NCBI RefSeq assembly: GCF_028641065.1
Contig: NC_073406.1
Span: forward strand, 4,960,001-5,024,000
From: Leucoraja erinacea
Taxonomy: Eukaryota
Length of the DNA: 64,000 bases
Direction: 5' to 3'
Under the pieces are notes generated by a model. The model did no database searches and was not told the DNA's origin. It saw only the letters and a program-made list of their open reading frames with translations. Positions 24,563 to 36,919 of this stretch are shown piece after piece. Each line of letters begins with the position of its first letter. Position 1 is the stretch's first letter. The position numbers were made by a program, and so were the translations under genes.

Positions 24563-25800
24563 TCTCTGTGATTTGTGGCTGTTTTCTTCCCCTATTCCCG
24601 TTTTCTGTCATCATCAACAAAATCAAACAACACATTGTTGGTCCCAGCACTCTCAATTGATTATATCTATTATTTAAAAGGCTCCACGCTGATTCCTCAG
24701 GCAGACATTAATCACTTCCCGCTCGCTCGCTGGAGCTGTGTCCTTTACTGCCTCTGACTCAACCAATTTTCTATATACTGCAGCAGCTCTTTCACAGCCC
24801 CCGCTGTTTCACTGGCGAAATGGTTGCTTCAAATGTGTTTCCAAAAGCCTTTTACCATAATCACGTCCCAATTCCCCGTCAGTTTAAATCTTATTATTCC
24901 AACCATTTTTTTTAGGTCTCCATTTTATATCTACCTTTTTCCCCCCCAATTCGTTTGTGGAATCATCGTACAGAAAGATGCCTTTTCTTTTTGTTCGAGG
25001 AGCTTATAGTTTTAGTTGGCTTATCTGTTACGAACATTGTTAGTGTATTTAGAACATTAAAAAGCACAGTCTTTGTCTGAAGATGGGTCCCGACCCGAAA
25101 CGCCACCTATCCATGTTCTCCAGAAATGCTGCCTGACCGGCTGAGTTACTCCAGCATGTTGTGCCCTTCATTGAAAATTACAGCACAGGAGCAGGCCCTT
25201 CAGCCCACAATGCCTGTGCTGAACGTAAGGCCAAGGTAACCTAATCGCTGCCTACACATGATCCACATCCCTCCATTCCCTCCATCTCCATGTGCTGTCT
25301 AAACGCCACTTAAACGCCACAAAACCCCACGCCAGCCAAGCTTTAAGTTTAGGTTTATTATTGTCATGTGTATCGAGGTACAGTGAAAGGCTTTAGCTTG
25401 TGTGTTCTGGAGTCAAACCAGGTAATGTTACACGTGAAAATAATCAAGCCAAACGCAGGTACACAAGGTGGAGGGAAGAGGAAGAATGCCACAGTGCAGA
25501 CAGATGGAAATAATGGCAGATTTACAGGTGGAAAAATTATTTAAAAGCGTGGGGTGACAGTTGTCCCTCCTCTGGGCCCAGCACGCACAGAGCCGCCACA
25601 CTCCGACACAGTCTCACACTTGCAAATGCTTTTCTGCCCTGAAAATAGCTGAGGAGGCTTTTTTTCTCGGCAAACTGATATCATTAGTCAGGCTGACCTT
25701 GTCTTCTCGTAAGCTATTATTGGAGATTAGTTGACGGCGAGGCATAAGAAGTCACAATATGATATGTTACAGGATACGTAGTCCATCTAAAAATTAATGT

Positions 25801-26323
25801 ACTGTAAACCCTCGTTATACTGGACGATGTGGGGGAGGGGGAATGGTGATTGTTATTGCTGAGTGAGGAGGGTAAATAGTAAGTAGTTTAATCCAAGGCC
25901 GGGCAGGAAGATGCGTGCGCTGGGGGAGTGGGGGTTGATCTAGGGAGAGACGCAGAGTCCCTGGACACACACGCAGAGAGCCAGCTCGTTGGCCACATGG
26001 TGGATGCAGGGGAGCGCTGCAACGGGAGCCTGACGCCGTTAACCTGCGACCGAGGCACGCGTTGTGCGCGCCAGAAATCTTTGGTGCACGCTGCGTCTGC
26101 ACCCAACTCCCCGGGACCTCGCTTAGTTGCAGCTGCTGCAAAACCGTGACCAATGCGACGTTCTTCACGAGCGTTTTACTGCTCATCCTCTCCCCAACGC
26201 CCAACGCTGTCCCACCAACCACCACCACGATCGGACACCGAGGTCCACTGCAACCAAAATGGTGGAATGAAGATATAACCAAAGTCCATCATAAAGAGAT
26301 CCATGATAAAGAGGGGAGATTGT
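25801..26323. mobile_element. Non-autonomous Tigger/pogo-like DNA element
   Basis: Left end ctgtaaaccctcgttatactggac, degenerate right end atccatgataaagagggg, GC-rich interior. Confidence 0.4.
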
Positions 26324-26453
26324 GAAGCTTTCGTTATTTCTTTTGCATTGTCTAATTAAAGCAATTGAGATTTTGAGTTGTTCTAAAACTTGTTTCACTT
26401 CAGTTGACAAGTCAAATGTTCTAATGGTGCTGTTCCTCCCTCGTGCTTGCCAG

Positions 26454-26616
26454 CTGGAGGTGAAGATGCAGGTGGAGTACATGTCGTTCAGCGCACATGC
26501 AGACGCCAAGGGCATCATGCAACTCATCCGTCAGGCAGAGCCACATCACGTGCTGTTGGTGCACGGGGAAGCGAAGAAAATGGGATTCCTCAAACAGAAG
26601 ATTGAGCAGGAATTTA
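26454..26616 (+). CDS. INTS11: INTS11 coding exon 12
   Basis: [43 protein letters not shown]..., 163 nt. Confidence 0.96.
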
Positions 26617-27074
26617 GTAAGCCTCCTTTAAACTGTTTCTGTTTCTGTTTAGTTTATTGTCATGTGTACCGAGGTACAGGGAACAGCTTTTGTTGCGTGC
26701 TATCCAGTCAGCGGAATGGCAATACATGATTACGATTGAGCCATTCACAGTGTACAGGTACATGATAAGGGAATAGCGGGGAGAAGGTATCAACAGTACC
26801 CGTGGTCAGGATTGAACCTGGGTCTCTGGCGCTGTGAGGCAGCAACTCTACCGCTGCGCCACCGTGCTGCAAATCTTTTCTTGTGATCGCAATTGTGAGG
26901 ATTACATAAAAATATGAATTGGACAAGACATTCATTACATTTGGCTCCACTTTCAATTTATTATTAAAAATGGCTTTCCTATCAATTTTTCATGTGTATT
27001 TTCCCCTCATAGATCCATAGAACGTGGGGCAGTACATCACAGGAACTGCCCCTTCGACCAACACTCTCAATGCA

Positions 27075-27462
27075 TAGAAACATAGAAACATAGAAATTAG
27101 GTGCAGGAGTAGGCCATTTGGCCCTTCGAGCCTGCACCGCCATTCAATATGATCATGGCTGATCATCCAACTCAGTATCCCGTACCTGCCTTCTCTCCAT
27201 ACCCCCTGATCCCCTTAGCCACAAGGGCCACATCTAACTCCCTCTTAAATATAGCCAATGAACTGGCCTCAACTCCCTTCTGTGGCAGAGAGTTCCAGAG
27301 ATTCACCACTGTGTGTGAAAAAAAGTTCTTCTCATCTCGGTTTTAAAGGATTTCCCCCTTATCCTTAAGCTGTGACCCCTTGTCCTGGACTTCCCTAACA
27401 TCGGGAACAATCTTCCTGCATCTAGCCTGTCCAACCCCTTAAGAATTTTGTAAGTTTCTACA
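27075..27462 (-). mobile_element. CR1/HER1 LINE 3' fragment
   Basis: Near-identical to the copies at 31492-31915 and 44931-45367, with a (TTTCTATG)n tail. Confidence 0.85.
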
Positions 27463-27879
27463 ATGCTGAGCACAATGTCAAGTTAAATTGATCTCCTCTG
27501 CCCACACATGACCCATATCCCTCCATTCCCTGCATATCCATGTGCCTATCCCAATATCCCTGTGGAACAGCCCCTCATATTCCGCTTGGGTCATTTCCAA
27601 CCCAATAGTATGAGCATTGAATTTTCCAACTTCAATTAGCCCGCACTCCCTGGGTTCCTTCTCTGTCCTGATCCGAACCCATGTTCTTTCACCCCACCCT
27701 TCTTCCCCACCCCTCCCCCAAGACCCCATTACACATTCTATCACCGTTCTCATGCTGGTTCCATCTCCCTTATCCAGTTTCACTTCCCACATTGCTTACA
27801 TATCAGATTCCAGAGCCTCTGCGGTCTCTGCTCTTCACCTTTCAGCCTCTGTCTCTACCTCCAGCCTCCTCAGCCCCCA

Positions 27880-28075
27880 CCCGGCTGCATCTGTCCACCG
27901 TCCCCCTCCCCCATCATCACCTGTCTCCCTCCCCCCCCCCCCTCTTCCTTCACCCCCTCCCCCTTCCCTCCCTCCCCCCTCCTCCCTCACCCCTTCTCAC
28001 TGCTCCCTACCCCCTCACCCTTGCTCCTCTCCCCGTTCCGCTGGCTCCCTCTCCTCTGCACCCTCATTCCCCAAC
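27880..28075. repeat. C-rich low-complexity tract (G-quadruplex-prone on the minus strand)
   Basis: Dense runs of CCC to C12 within a Penelope-type 3' region. Confidence 0.6.
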
Positions 28076-28279
28076 CCAAAACGTCACCTCTTCCTCTGCC
28101 TCCACAGATGCTGCCTGATCCGCTGAGCTCCTCCAGCAGTTTGTTTCTTGTTGTAGATGGAAGGACCTGCTCTTGTGCTGTGCTAACATCAGTTCCATTT
28201 TACTCGAAGTATAACCATGAATAAGTGTTTGTCAGCAATGGTCATGCCTGATACCTATTGGTGTTCATGTTTTCCCTAG

Positions 28280-28387
28280 GTATTAATTGCTACATGCCAG
28301 CCAATGGAGAGACCTCTACAATCGTGACCAATCCCAATATTCCTGTGGATATTTCTCTCTGTTTGCTCAAAAGGGATTCGGCTCTTG
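28280..28387 (+). CDS. INTS11: INTS11 coding exon 13
   Basis: [36 protein letters not shown], 108 nt. Confidence 0.93.
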
Positions 28388-28612
28388 GTAATAAAATTAT
28401 TCTTTCTTTCGAGTCTTAAAACAATCCTATAGTTGTGTTTGCAAGTGAATGTTTTGTCACGTGGTTTGCCTCATCAAGATGGACCTTGGTTTGATCACCG
28501 CGGTGTTTGTGGCGAATGACCACAACTCAGATAACACGCAGCAATGAGTAACAGGCTTTTTGTTAAAGATATAGTTTGTTGTATGTGTAACCTGGGGTTT
28601 TCCTTGATTGAA

Positions 28613-29043
28613 GGTACACAAAATTGCTGGAGAAACTCAGCGGGTGCAGCAGCATCTATGGAGCGAAGGAAATAGGCGACGTTTCGGGCCAAAACCCTTC
28701 TTCAGACTGATGGGGGGTGGGGGGGGAGAAGGAAGGAAAAGGGGAGGAGGAGAAGCCCGCGGATGGGAGGGTGGGAGGAGACAGCTAGAGGGTAAAGGAA
28801 GGGGAGGAGACAGCAAGGGCTAGCAAAATTGGGAGAATTCAACGTTCATGCCATCCGGACGCAAGGTCCCCAGGCGGAATATGAGGTGCTGTTCCTCCAA
28901 TTTCCGCTGTTGCTCACTCTGGCAATGGAGGAGACCCAGGACAGAGAGGTCGGATTGGGAATGGGAGGGGGAGTTGAAGTGCTGAGCCACCGGGAGGTCA
29001 GGTTGGTTATTGCGGACTGAGCGGACGTGTTCGGCGAAACTCC
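28613..29043 (-). mobile_element. Penelope-like element 3' fragment with about 17-bp TSD
   Basis: GIY-YIG C-terminal coding remnant, intact hammerhead core at 28675-28711, TSD ggttttc(c/t)ttgattgaa at 28596-28612 and 29044-29060. Confidence 0.87.
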
Positions 29044-29424
29044 GGTTTTCTTTGATTGAATTGTTTGAAAGCTACTGCATGGAAACAGGCCCTTCGGCCC
29101 ACCGGGTCCACGCTGACCAAACTCCACACAGGGTCAGGGTCAGGGTCGAACATAGGTCTCTGGCATTGTGAGCTACCAGCTGTGCCATTCTGATGCACAC
29201 AATAGCCTGTCAAAGGTTACTATTGGCACTCACATGAACACATTCAACTGGAGCACTACATCCTCCTCTACCTTGGGACTGAGAAAGTATTTCTGTATCA
29301 AATTTGACTTATTTGCTTCTGGTTTTATGAGACTGGAGGTGATGCTTCTTGGTGTCCACAATGAGATCTGCAAATAGCTCCGGAGATGAGGCAGGGGGTG
29401 ATGGGACTGATGGATGGGTAGCTG

Positions 29425-29712
29425 TGTTTAGTCTATCGATACAGCGCGGAAACAGGCCCTTCGGCCCACCATGTCTGCACTGACCAACGATCACCCTGTA
29501 CATTAGTCCTATCCTACACACTGGGGACAATTTACAGAAGCCAATTACCCGACCATCTTGCACGTCTTCCGAGTGTGGGTGGAAACCGGAGCACCCGGAG
29601 AAAACCCACGCGGTCACAGGGAGAACGTACAAACTCCACACAGACAGCACCTGTGGTTTGGATCAAACCCAGGTCTCTGGCGCTGTAAGGTGGCAACTTG
29701 GCCACCGTGCCG
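29425..29712 (-). mobile_element. HE1/V-SINE
   Basis: Matches the SINE consensus. Confidence 0.78.
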
Positions 29713-29956
29713 ACTGCACTGTGCTTTCACAGAGCCCCGGTACATGGCCTCAAGATCCTCAGGACCAGCCCTAATGTTTCCTCAACATTATGATTACTCA
29801 AGGGTCAGATTTCTCACACGTTGGTGAAACCTGGACCTTATCTTGAATTTTCTTTATTTTTTAATTTAATTTTTTAAATTATTTACGTAAGCATTTTACT
29901 TTATGAAAAATGTTGTTTGTTATGAGAGCTGCCTATATTTCCTTCCCACACTTTAG

Positions 29957-30018
29957 GTCCGATACCAGATCCAAAGAAACAGAAGCTGATGCACGGCACG
30001 CTGATCATAAAGGATAAT
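29957..30018 (+). CDS. INTS11: INTS11 coding exon 14
   Basis: GPIPDPKKQKLMHGTLIIKDN, 62 nt. Confidence 0.92.
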
Positions 30019-30139
30019 GTGAGTAATGCGTTTCAATCCAATTATGACTTCAATTATAAAGTTAGTTAAAGTTAATTGTAATTGTAAATTTGCTGATCTA
30101 TTGAAGGGGAAAAAATTTAATTCTCCTCTGCTCATTACA

Positions 30140-30539
30140 TCTTTAACGGACTTGCCCCCACCTACATCAAACGTCTGCTTACCCACCACACCACCTCCAG
30201 GTCCCTCAGATCGGCCGATTTAGGGTTACTGAACATCTAGGCATAAGCTCAGGGGCGACCGTGCCTTTGTGGTTGCAGCTCCTAGACTGTGGAACAGCAT
30301 CCCTCTTCCCATCAGAACTGCCCCCTCCATCGACTCTTTTAATTCGAGACTTAAAACTCATCTTTACTCTCAAGCCTTTCTTGATGTCCTCTGAGGGAGG
30401 GCTATATGTATGTATTTATTTATGTACTTAATCTATGAACCAATGTTGTATAACGTTAGTACCTCCACCAATGTAAAGCACTTTGGTCAACGAGAGTTGT
30501 TTTGCTATAGAAATAAAAGTGACTTGACTTGACTTGACG
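30140..30539 (+). mobile_element. L2-clade LINE 3' fragment
   Basis: GLAPTYIKRLL...SRSLRS...GDRAFVVAAPRLWNSIPLPIRTAPSIDSFNSRLKTHLYSQAF, then AATAAA and a (GACTT)n tail. Confidence 0.82.
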
Positions 30540-30544
30540 TCTAG

Positions 30545-30687
30545 AGCCTTCGTCTGGTTTCACCTGAACAAGCTGTAAAAGAGTTGGGTCTGAGCGAGCA
30601 TCATCTCCGCTACACCTGTAAGGTACAGATACAAGACCACCACTCAGAACAGGACACCTTGAACCGGATATACAACCACCTGAAAAA
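30545..30687 (+). CDS. INTS11: INTS11 coding exon 15
   Basis: SLRLVSPEQAVKELGLSEHHLRYTCKVQIQDHHSEQDTLNRIYNHLK, 143 nt. The acceptor context is disrupted by an L2 insertion. Confidence 0.92.
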
Positions 30688-30704
30688 GTGAGTGTTTAGC
30701 ACAG

Positions 30705-31010
30705 TTTAATTTAGAGATACGGCACGGAAACAGGCCTTTCGGCCCACCAAGTCCATCCGCACCAACCAGCGATCCCTGCACATTAACACTATCCTACACA
30801 CACACACACTGGGAACAATTTTGCACGTACACCAAGCCAATTAACCTACAAACCTGTACGTGTGGGAGGGAACCGACGATCTCGGAGAAAACCCATGCGT
30901 TCACGGGGAAAACGTACAAACTCCATACAGACAGCACCTGTAGTCGGCATCAAACCCGAGTCTCCGCCGCTGGATTTGATCGCTGTAACGCAGCAACTCG
31001 TGCGCCATCG
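30705..31010 (-). mobile_element. HE1/V-SINE
   Basis: Matches the SINE consensus and starts about 18 bp after the exon 15 donor. Confidence 0.75.
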
Positions 31011-31491
31011 TGGTCGCCCGAGTACGTCGGAATAATTGGGCCAACTCAGGATGTAGCTATCTTTGTCTGTGTTTATGGCAGTTCCAGCAAAGTACCGCGA
31101 CACACACCACATAGAATGTCCTCCCGAACAGAGAGAATACCCTTGATAATACACTGCTAAATTTATTCACACTAAAGCACCTTCCAAACATAAGAAAACC
31201 TGATACAGAAATAATTACTCTTCTGTACAGTTGCCTCGTGGGATGTAAGACGGGTGTATTTGTTCCTTATGTGCTACAAATAACTTGGGATCCCTCTTAT
31301 CTATTATAATTAAATCTAACCCAGGGGATCACAATGCTGGCGCTGTCTGAATCTAGTGTCTTTAGCATGCATTTTAATGTGTTTCTGCATCTCTTTTAGC
31401 TGCTCTTTCGATCAGACAAAAACTGCTGATTATGTGCACCAATTGTAATTAGACTCACTAAAGTGAGGGGTACAGTTTGTCCTTTGTAATA

Positions 31492-31915
31492 GAAACATCG
31501 AAAATAGGTGCAGGAGTAGGCCATTCGGCCCTTCGAGCCTGCACTGCCATTCAATATGATCATGGCTGATCATCCAACTCAGTATCCTGTACTTGCCTTC
31601 TCTCCATACCCCCTGATCCCTTTAGCCACAAGGGCCACATCTAACTCCCTCTTAAATATAGCCAATGAACTGCGGCCTCAACTACCTTCTGTGGCAGACA
31701 ATTCCACAGATTTACCACTCTCTGTGTAAAAAATGATTTTCTCATCTCGGTCCTAAAAGATTTCCCCCTTATCCTGAAATTGTGACCCCTTGTTCTGGAC
31801 TTCCCCAACATCGGGAATAATCTTCCTGCATCTAGCCTGTCCAACCCCTTAAGAATTTTGTAAGTTTCTATAAGGTGCCCCCTCAATCTTCTAAATTCTA
31901 GCGAGCACAAGCCGA
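31492..31915 (-). mobile_element. CR1/HER1 LINE 3' fragment
   Basis: LEFRRLRGHLIETYKILKGLDRLD...FFTQRVVNLWN. Confidence 0.87.
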
Positions 31916-32089
31916 ACCATAAACTAATTAATCATAAACTAATGAGCAAGCAACGTGTTCCACTTCATCAGTTGCTTGTATTACTCAACCTGAGAAGCAT
32001 CTCTTGGCCCCCAGTATATAAACCACCGATGCTTAGGCCAAGGCTTACCGTATAAGATGTCTATTTAAAAAGATATTATTCAATTTGTA

Positions 32090-32324
32090 GGCACACAAAA
32101 ATGCTGGAGAAACTCAGCGGGTGCAGCAGCATCTATGGAGCGAAGGAAATAGGTAACGTTTCGGGCCGAAACCCGGATGTTGCCTATTTCCTTCGCTCCA
32201 TAGGGTTTTGGCCCGAAACGTTGCCTATTTCCTTCGCTCCATAGATGCTGCTGCACCCGCTGAGTTTCTCCAGCATTTTTGTGTACCTTCGATTTTCCAG
32301 CATCTGCAGTTCCTTCTTGAAAAC
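32090..32324. mobile_element. Fold-back Penelope terminal-repeat insertion with 15-bp TSD
   Basis: Inverted arms. TSD attattcaatttgta at 32075-32089 and 32325-32339. Confidence 0.8.
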
Positions 32325-33720
32325 ATTATTCAATTTGTATTTGTGTTCAAACACCTTCTATACTATTCTGGTGGAGCTACTGTCTCACCGCGCCAGAGAC
32401 CTGGGTTCGATCCCGAATTCGATCCCGAATTGTCTGTGCGGAGTTTGCACATTCTCACTCTGACTACACGGGCTTCCTCTGAGTGCTCCGGGCTTCCTCC
32501 CACATCCCATGTGGGTTGGCGGGTTAATAGGTCTGCGTAAAATTGTCCCAGTTGTGTAGGGAGTGGATGTGAAAGTGGGATAACATAGAACTACTGTAAA
32601 TAGATGGTCAGCATGGACTCGACGGGCCAAAGGGCCTGTTTCCATTCTGTATCTCTAAACTAAACTTAGCGATTCGATCTATTCTTTTGTGTCTTTAGTT
32701 CCAATATAAGGAATTAAACATTTTCCAAGTAGACTAACTAAACATTGGTTGTGATTTGATCCTGGAAGAGAGGAAACTGCTACAATATCACAAGCTTCTA
32801 AACCATTATTCTGATTTTTTTTTTATTGGAAAGACTTGCTTTTAAAATATTTAAATTTACCTTTATTTTATACCTATTGAAACATGATCAAATATTTCAT
32901 GTTCCGTTTCCGCGCCGACCAGCGATCCCCATAGAGCACTATCCTACACACTAGGGACAATTTACAATCTTACCAAAGCCAATTAACCTACAAACCTGTA
33001 CATCTTTGTGGAGTGTCGGAGGAAACCGGAGCACCCGGAGAAAATCCATGCGTTCTCGGGGAGAACCTGCAAACTCCACACAGACCGCACCTGAGGTTGG
33101 ATCGAACCCGGGTCTATGGCCGTATTTGACAGAAAATGTCAAATAGTCAATAGTCAATTTAATTGTCATTTGGACCCCTTGAGGTCCAAACAAAATGCCG
33201 TTTCTGCAGCCATACATTACAAACAAATAGACCCCAGACACAACATAATTTACATTTTACATAAACAATAAAATGAGAGGGAATCTGTACGATGGAGTTA
33301 ATTAGTTGTGTGTTAGGATGGAGGGAGAAGCTGGAGAAAGGGAAGCCTCCACATGGTATATGTGACTCTTTGACTTCCACAGACCGTAACAAAATGGCTG
33401 TGTATTTTGAACCAGGAAAGGCAGAACAAATTATCCTAAGAGAGAGAATGTTAGCCTGCCTGTGATAAATGCTGGTTAATCGTGAGTCCATGTTGCTGTA
33501 CAGTTTATAATGAAAGTAATGAACTGGCTGCTGATAAAATGCTGGCCAAAAGCTGGCTTGGTTGTGATCTCCAACATCAATGTGAGGAAAATAGTCTCAT
33601 GCATTCACAACAGGAATTAGTGAACCTGACAGTTGCTTAATATTAACATTGTTTATGAGGCATTAAGTTTATAAGATGTGGTAGTGTTGTATAACTCAAC
33701 AGTTTTTTTATTTTTTAAAG

Positions 33721-33850
33721 CATCCTGAAAGATTATCCAATCCAGCACCTCCCCGATGGGTCAGTGATGGTGGAATCCATTCTCATTAAAGTCAGTGCAA
33801 CATCTGATGACCAGAGCACGAAAGATGTGTTGGTTTCGTGGACTTACCAG
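33721..33850 (+). CDS. INTS11: INTS11 coding exon 16
   Basis: [43 protein letters not shown], 130 nt. Confidence 0.94.
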
Positions 33851-34104
33851 GTGAGCGAAGGTTTTGGAAAACCAACGAACTTCAGGCTAAAAGGAGAATC
33901 TTTCAATATTCAGCTCAGCTTTCTGTTCACAATATTCCATGGGTCACTGTGTGACTCGCTAAAGGCTCTGATGCTACCTGTAAGTGTCCTGCTTAATATG
34001 AATGATGGACAATGTTCACGTTTGCTACACTTGTTTAAAAATGCTCCTACTCCAATACAGTAGATGGACACAACAAAGTTAATCTATAACATGATTAACA
34101 TGGG

Positions 34105-34387
34105 CAGCAGAGTTGCTGCCTCACAGCGCCGGAGACCTGGGTTTGATCCTGACTATGCGCGGAGTTTGTACGTTCACCCCATGACCTGCGTGGGTTTCCC
34201 CCGGGTGCTCCAGTTTCCTCCCACGCTCCAAAGACGTACGGGTTTGTAGGTTAATTTGGCTTTAGTAAAAATTGTAAATTGTCCCTAGTGTGTAGGATAG
34301 TGCTCGTGTGTGGAAATCGCTGGTTGGCACGGACTTGCTGGGCCGAAGGGCCCGTTTCCGCTCTGTAATTTTAAACTAAACTAAACT
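34105..34387 (+). mobile_element. HE1/V-SINE
   Basis: Matches the SINE consensus with (TAAAC)n tail. Confidence 0.8.
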
Positions 34388-35412
34388 TGAATGAAAGAGA
34401 GAATGCAATTCGATCTAAATTCCCATTCAGCGTTTAACCTACACTGTACCCTGCACAAATGTTGCAAATAAGTATTTGAGGTACTCGGCAATGGGAAAGT
34501 GACACACTGGCTAGTTTCACTACATAAATGAGAAAAAGAGACATTTTCTAGTTGGCAAGTGTGTATATCCACGGTGACCACAAGTGAGTGTTCCGTTTCA
34601 TGAGGATCTGTTTAATTTCATGCGATAAAGGATTTGAAAATCGAAAGTTACATCTCATTTGCGGTTTAACTTGGCGCGGGAGCAAGTCAAAATGTCATTC
34701 TGTTTGTAAAGTTAGTCATTTGGAAATAAAAGATTCCAAATGACTAATGCCATTGTTGGCAAATGATTTCTACACAATGAAGCCAAATACTTTACTCAGA
34801 GCTAACGTATATAACTATTTGTAACAACAATAACACAAAGCAGCATCTGTAAATACAGAAGATGGAATAGAATAGAGCATAGAACAGTACAGCACAGGAA
34901 CAGCCCCTTCGGCCCACAATGTCTATGCTTAACCTGATTTCAAGCTAAACTAATCTATGTCTGCTTGAGATCCATATCCCTCCATTCCCTGCATATCCAC
35001 GTGCCTATCTAAAAGCCTCTTAAATGCCGCTATCTAGTCTGCCTCCACCACCTCCCCTCACAGTATATTCCAGGCACCCACCTCTCATTGTGTGAAAAAA
35101 ATACCAGCCCCACCCATTCCCAAGAAAGTTTGTGCCTCTCACCTTAAAGGTCTGCCCTCTAGTCTTTGATATATCCATCCTGGGACAAGGTTCTGACGGT
35201 CTACCCTATCTATATAGGCCTCTCATAATTTTATAAACTTCTGTCAAGTCTCCCCTCAGCCTAGGCCCCCCGACATGCCAGAGAAACAGAGTAAAGCATC
35301 AAGGAGGCTCTTCAGGCTGTGGAATATATTCTGCTGCCAAACAGGGAAATATACAATTGTATTAAAACTGAGCTGTCGTAGAGCATACACAAACTACGGG
35401 ACAATAAAATGT

Positions 35413-35700
35413 CGGCACAGTGGTCGAGCTGCTGCCTTATCCTCCCCGACACAGTAGGCTCGATCCTAACTGCGGCTGCTGTCCTTATGGAGTTTGTACT
35501 TTCTCCCCGTGACCACATGGGTTTTCTCCGGTTTCCTCCCACATCCCAAAGACACAAGTTTGTAGGTTAATTGTCTTTGGTAAAATTGCAAATTGTCCCC
35601 AATGTAGGATTGTGCTAGTGGTTGAGGTGATCGCTGGTCGGCACGGACTCGATGGGCCGAAGGGCCTGTATCTGCGCTGTATCTCTAAACACTAAACTCT
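35413..35700 (+). mobile_element. HE1/V-SINE
   Basis: Matches the SINE consensus. Confidence 0.78.
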
Positions 35701-35945
35701 AAAAAGACCGACCGATGGAGAAAGTTTCCTTCTAAAGCATTTGGATGTTTAAAGCCAGCCTGGGACAAAACCATGGGGTTATAATCACATGGGGGAGAAT
35801 ACAATAAGAGCAGTAATAAAAAAATAGGATCATAATACCGCCCTAAGATGATCGATGGCCCTGATTGATCATCAAAGATTTTTGCTCCCAGCATAAACGA
35901 CTCCAGTACTTGGTAATAATTGTCAATGTTCCTTTATGTTTTCAG

Positions 35946-36014
35946 GATGAAGAGTTGGGCAGTTACCTGATAACATTGTTGAAGAAAGGGCTGCCTCCAT
36001 CTATTCCTCTCTGA
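35946..36014 (+). CDS. INTS11: INTS11 coding exon 17 (last)
   Basis: DEELGSYLITLLKKGLPPSIPL*. The summed CDS is 1806 nt, 601 aa plus stop. Confidence 0.93.
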   Translation, partial: DEELGSYLITLLKKGLPPSIPL

Positions 36015-36483
36015 CCAGCGGGAATAACAAAGTGAAAAGGCATGGAAAAATGACTGCTTTGATATTTTTGTATTTGCCCCGTGTAAACGTCTGTGCAGCA
36101 GCGGGATCCAGTGAGATGATGCAAGGTGTTGGGCTATTGGCAGCTGCCCAATGCGTGGGCTGGAGGTTGTCTCACCAAAGCCTCCTCCACAGCTCGGCGA
36201 TGATGCTAGTGATTATTTACTTCACCCACTCGACCAACTGGTGATATTTTTCCAGCAAATGAAGGTTGACAAAAAAAAAACGACAATTATTTTTTCTCAG
36301 CAAAGATTTATTATTGGGTCGGAGCTCCTCAGCAATCGATGAGTCAAATGGCTGACTCCTGTTCCCGTGTGTCCATAATGGTCCACTTTCTCAAGGGAAA
36401 CAAAGGTTGGTCAACAAACACTGGCCTTAACAGATTCTTGGAAATGAATAAGTTTAAAAAAAACCCCTTCATGATATTAAACA

Positions 36484-36693
36484 TGACACAGTCTGTTGGA
36501 GTAACTCAGTGGGCCAGGTTACATCTCTGCAAGACATGGACAATGTTTCGGGTCAGGTGCCTTCAGACTGATTGATGGAGCCCGACTATAAACGTCACCT
36601 ATCCATGTTCTCCAGAGATGCTGCATGACCCGCTGACTTACTCCAGCACTCTGTGTCTTTTGTTTGTAAAGCAGCATCTGTAGTTCCCTGTGT
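36484..36693. mobile_element. Fold-back Penelope terminal-repeat insertion in the INTS11 3' region
   Basis: Inverted arms. TSD cttcat(g/a)atattaaaca at 36467-36483 and 36694-36710. Confidence 0.75.
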
Positions 36694-36702
36694 CTTCATA
36701 AT

Positions 36703-36708
36703 ATTAAA
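36703..36708 (+). terminator. Candidate INTS11 polyadenylation signal ATTAAA (second copy at 36476-36481)
   Basis: ATTAAA followed by the GT-rich tract cttgtatgatgttgttctc. No AATAAA seen between the stop codon and this site. Confidence 0.4.
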
Positions 36709-36919
36709 CACTTGTATGATGTTGTTCTCAATATTCCCTGCAGTATCCCAGTGTCTCCCCATTACTGCCACCCTTCATCCCTGGAAGAGCTCTACACGCC
36801 CCGACATCCTTCCTCAGCCGTTGCCCTGAACTGGACCCATCAGCTTGTTCACATCTAACTACTGACTCTCCAAGCTTCAGGTTAACACATTACTGACTAA
36901 AACTTGTTTCAAAGACAGC

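Noticed and set aside
27617-28126. Pro/Ser-rich ORFs
   Set aside because: C-rich low-complexity tract within a repeat.
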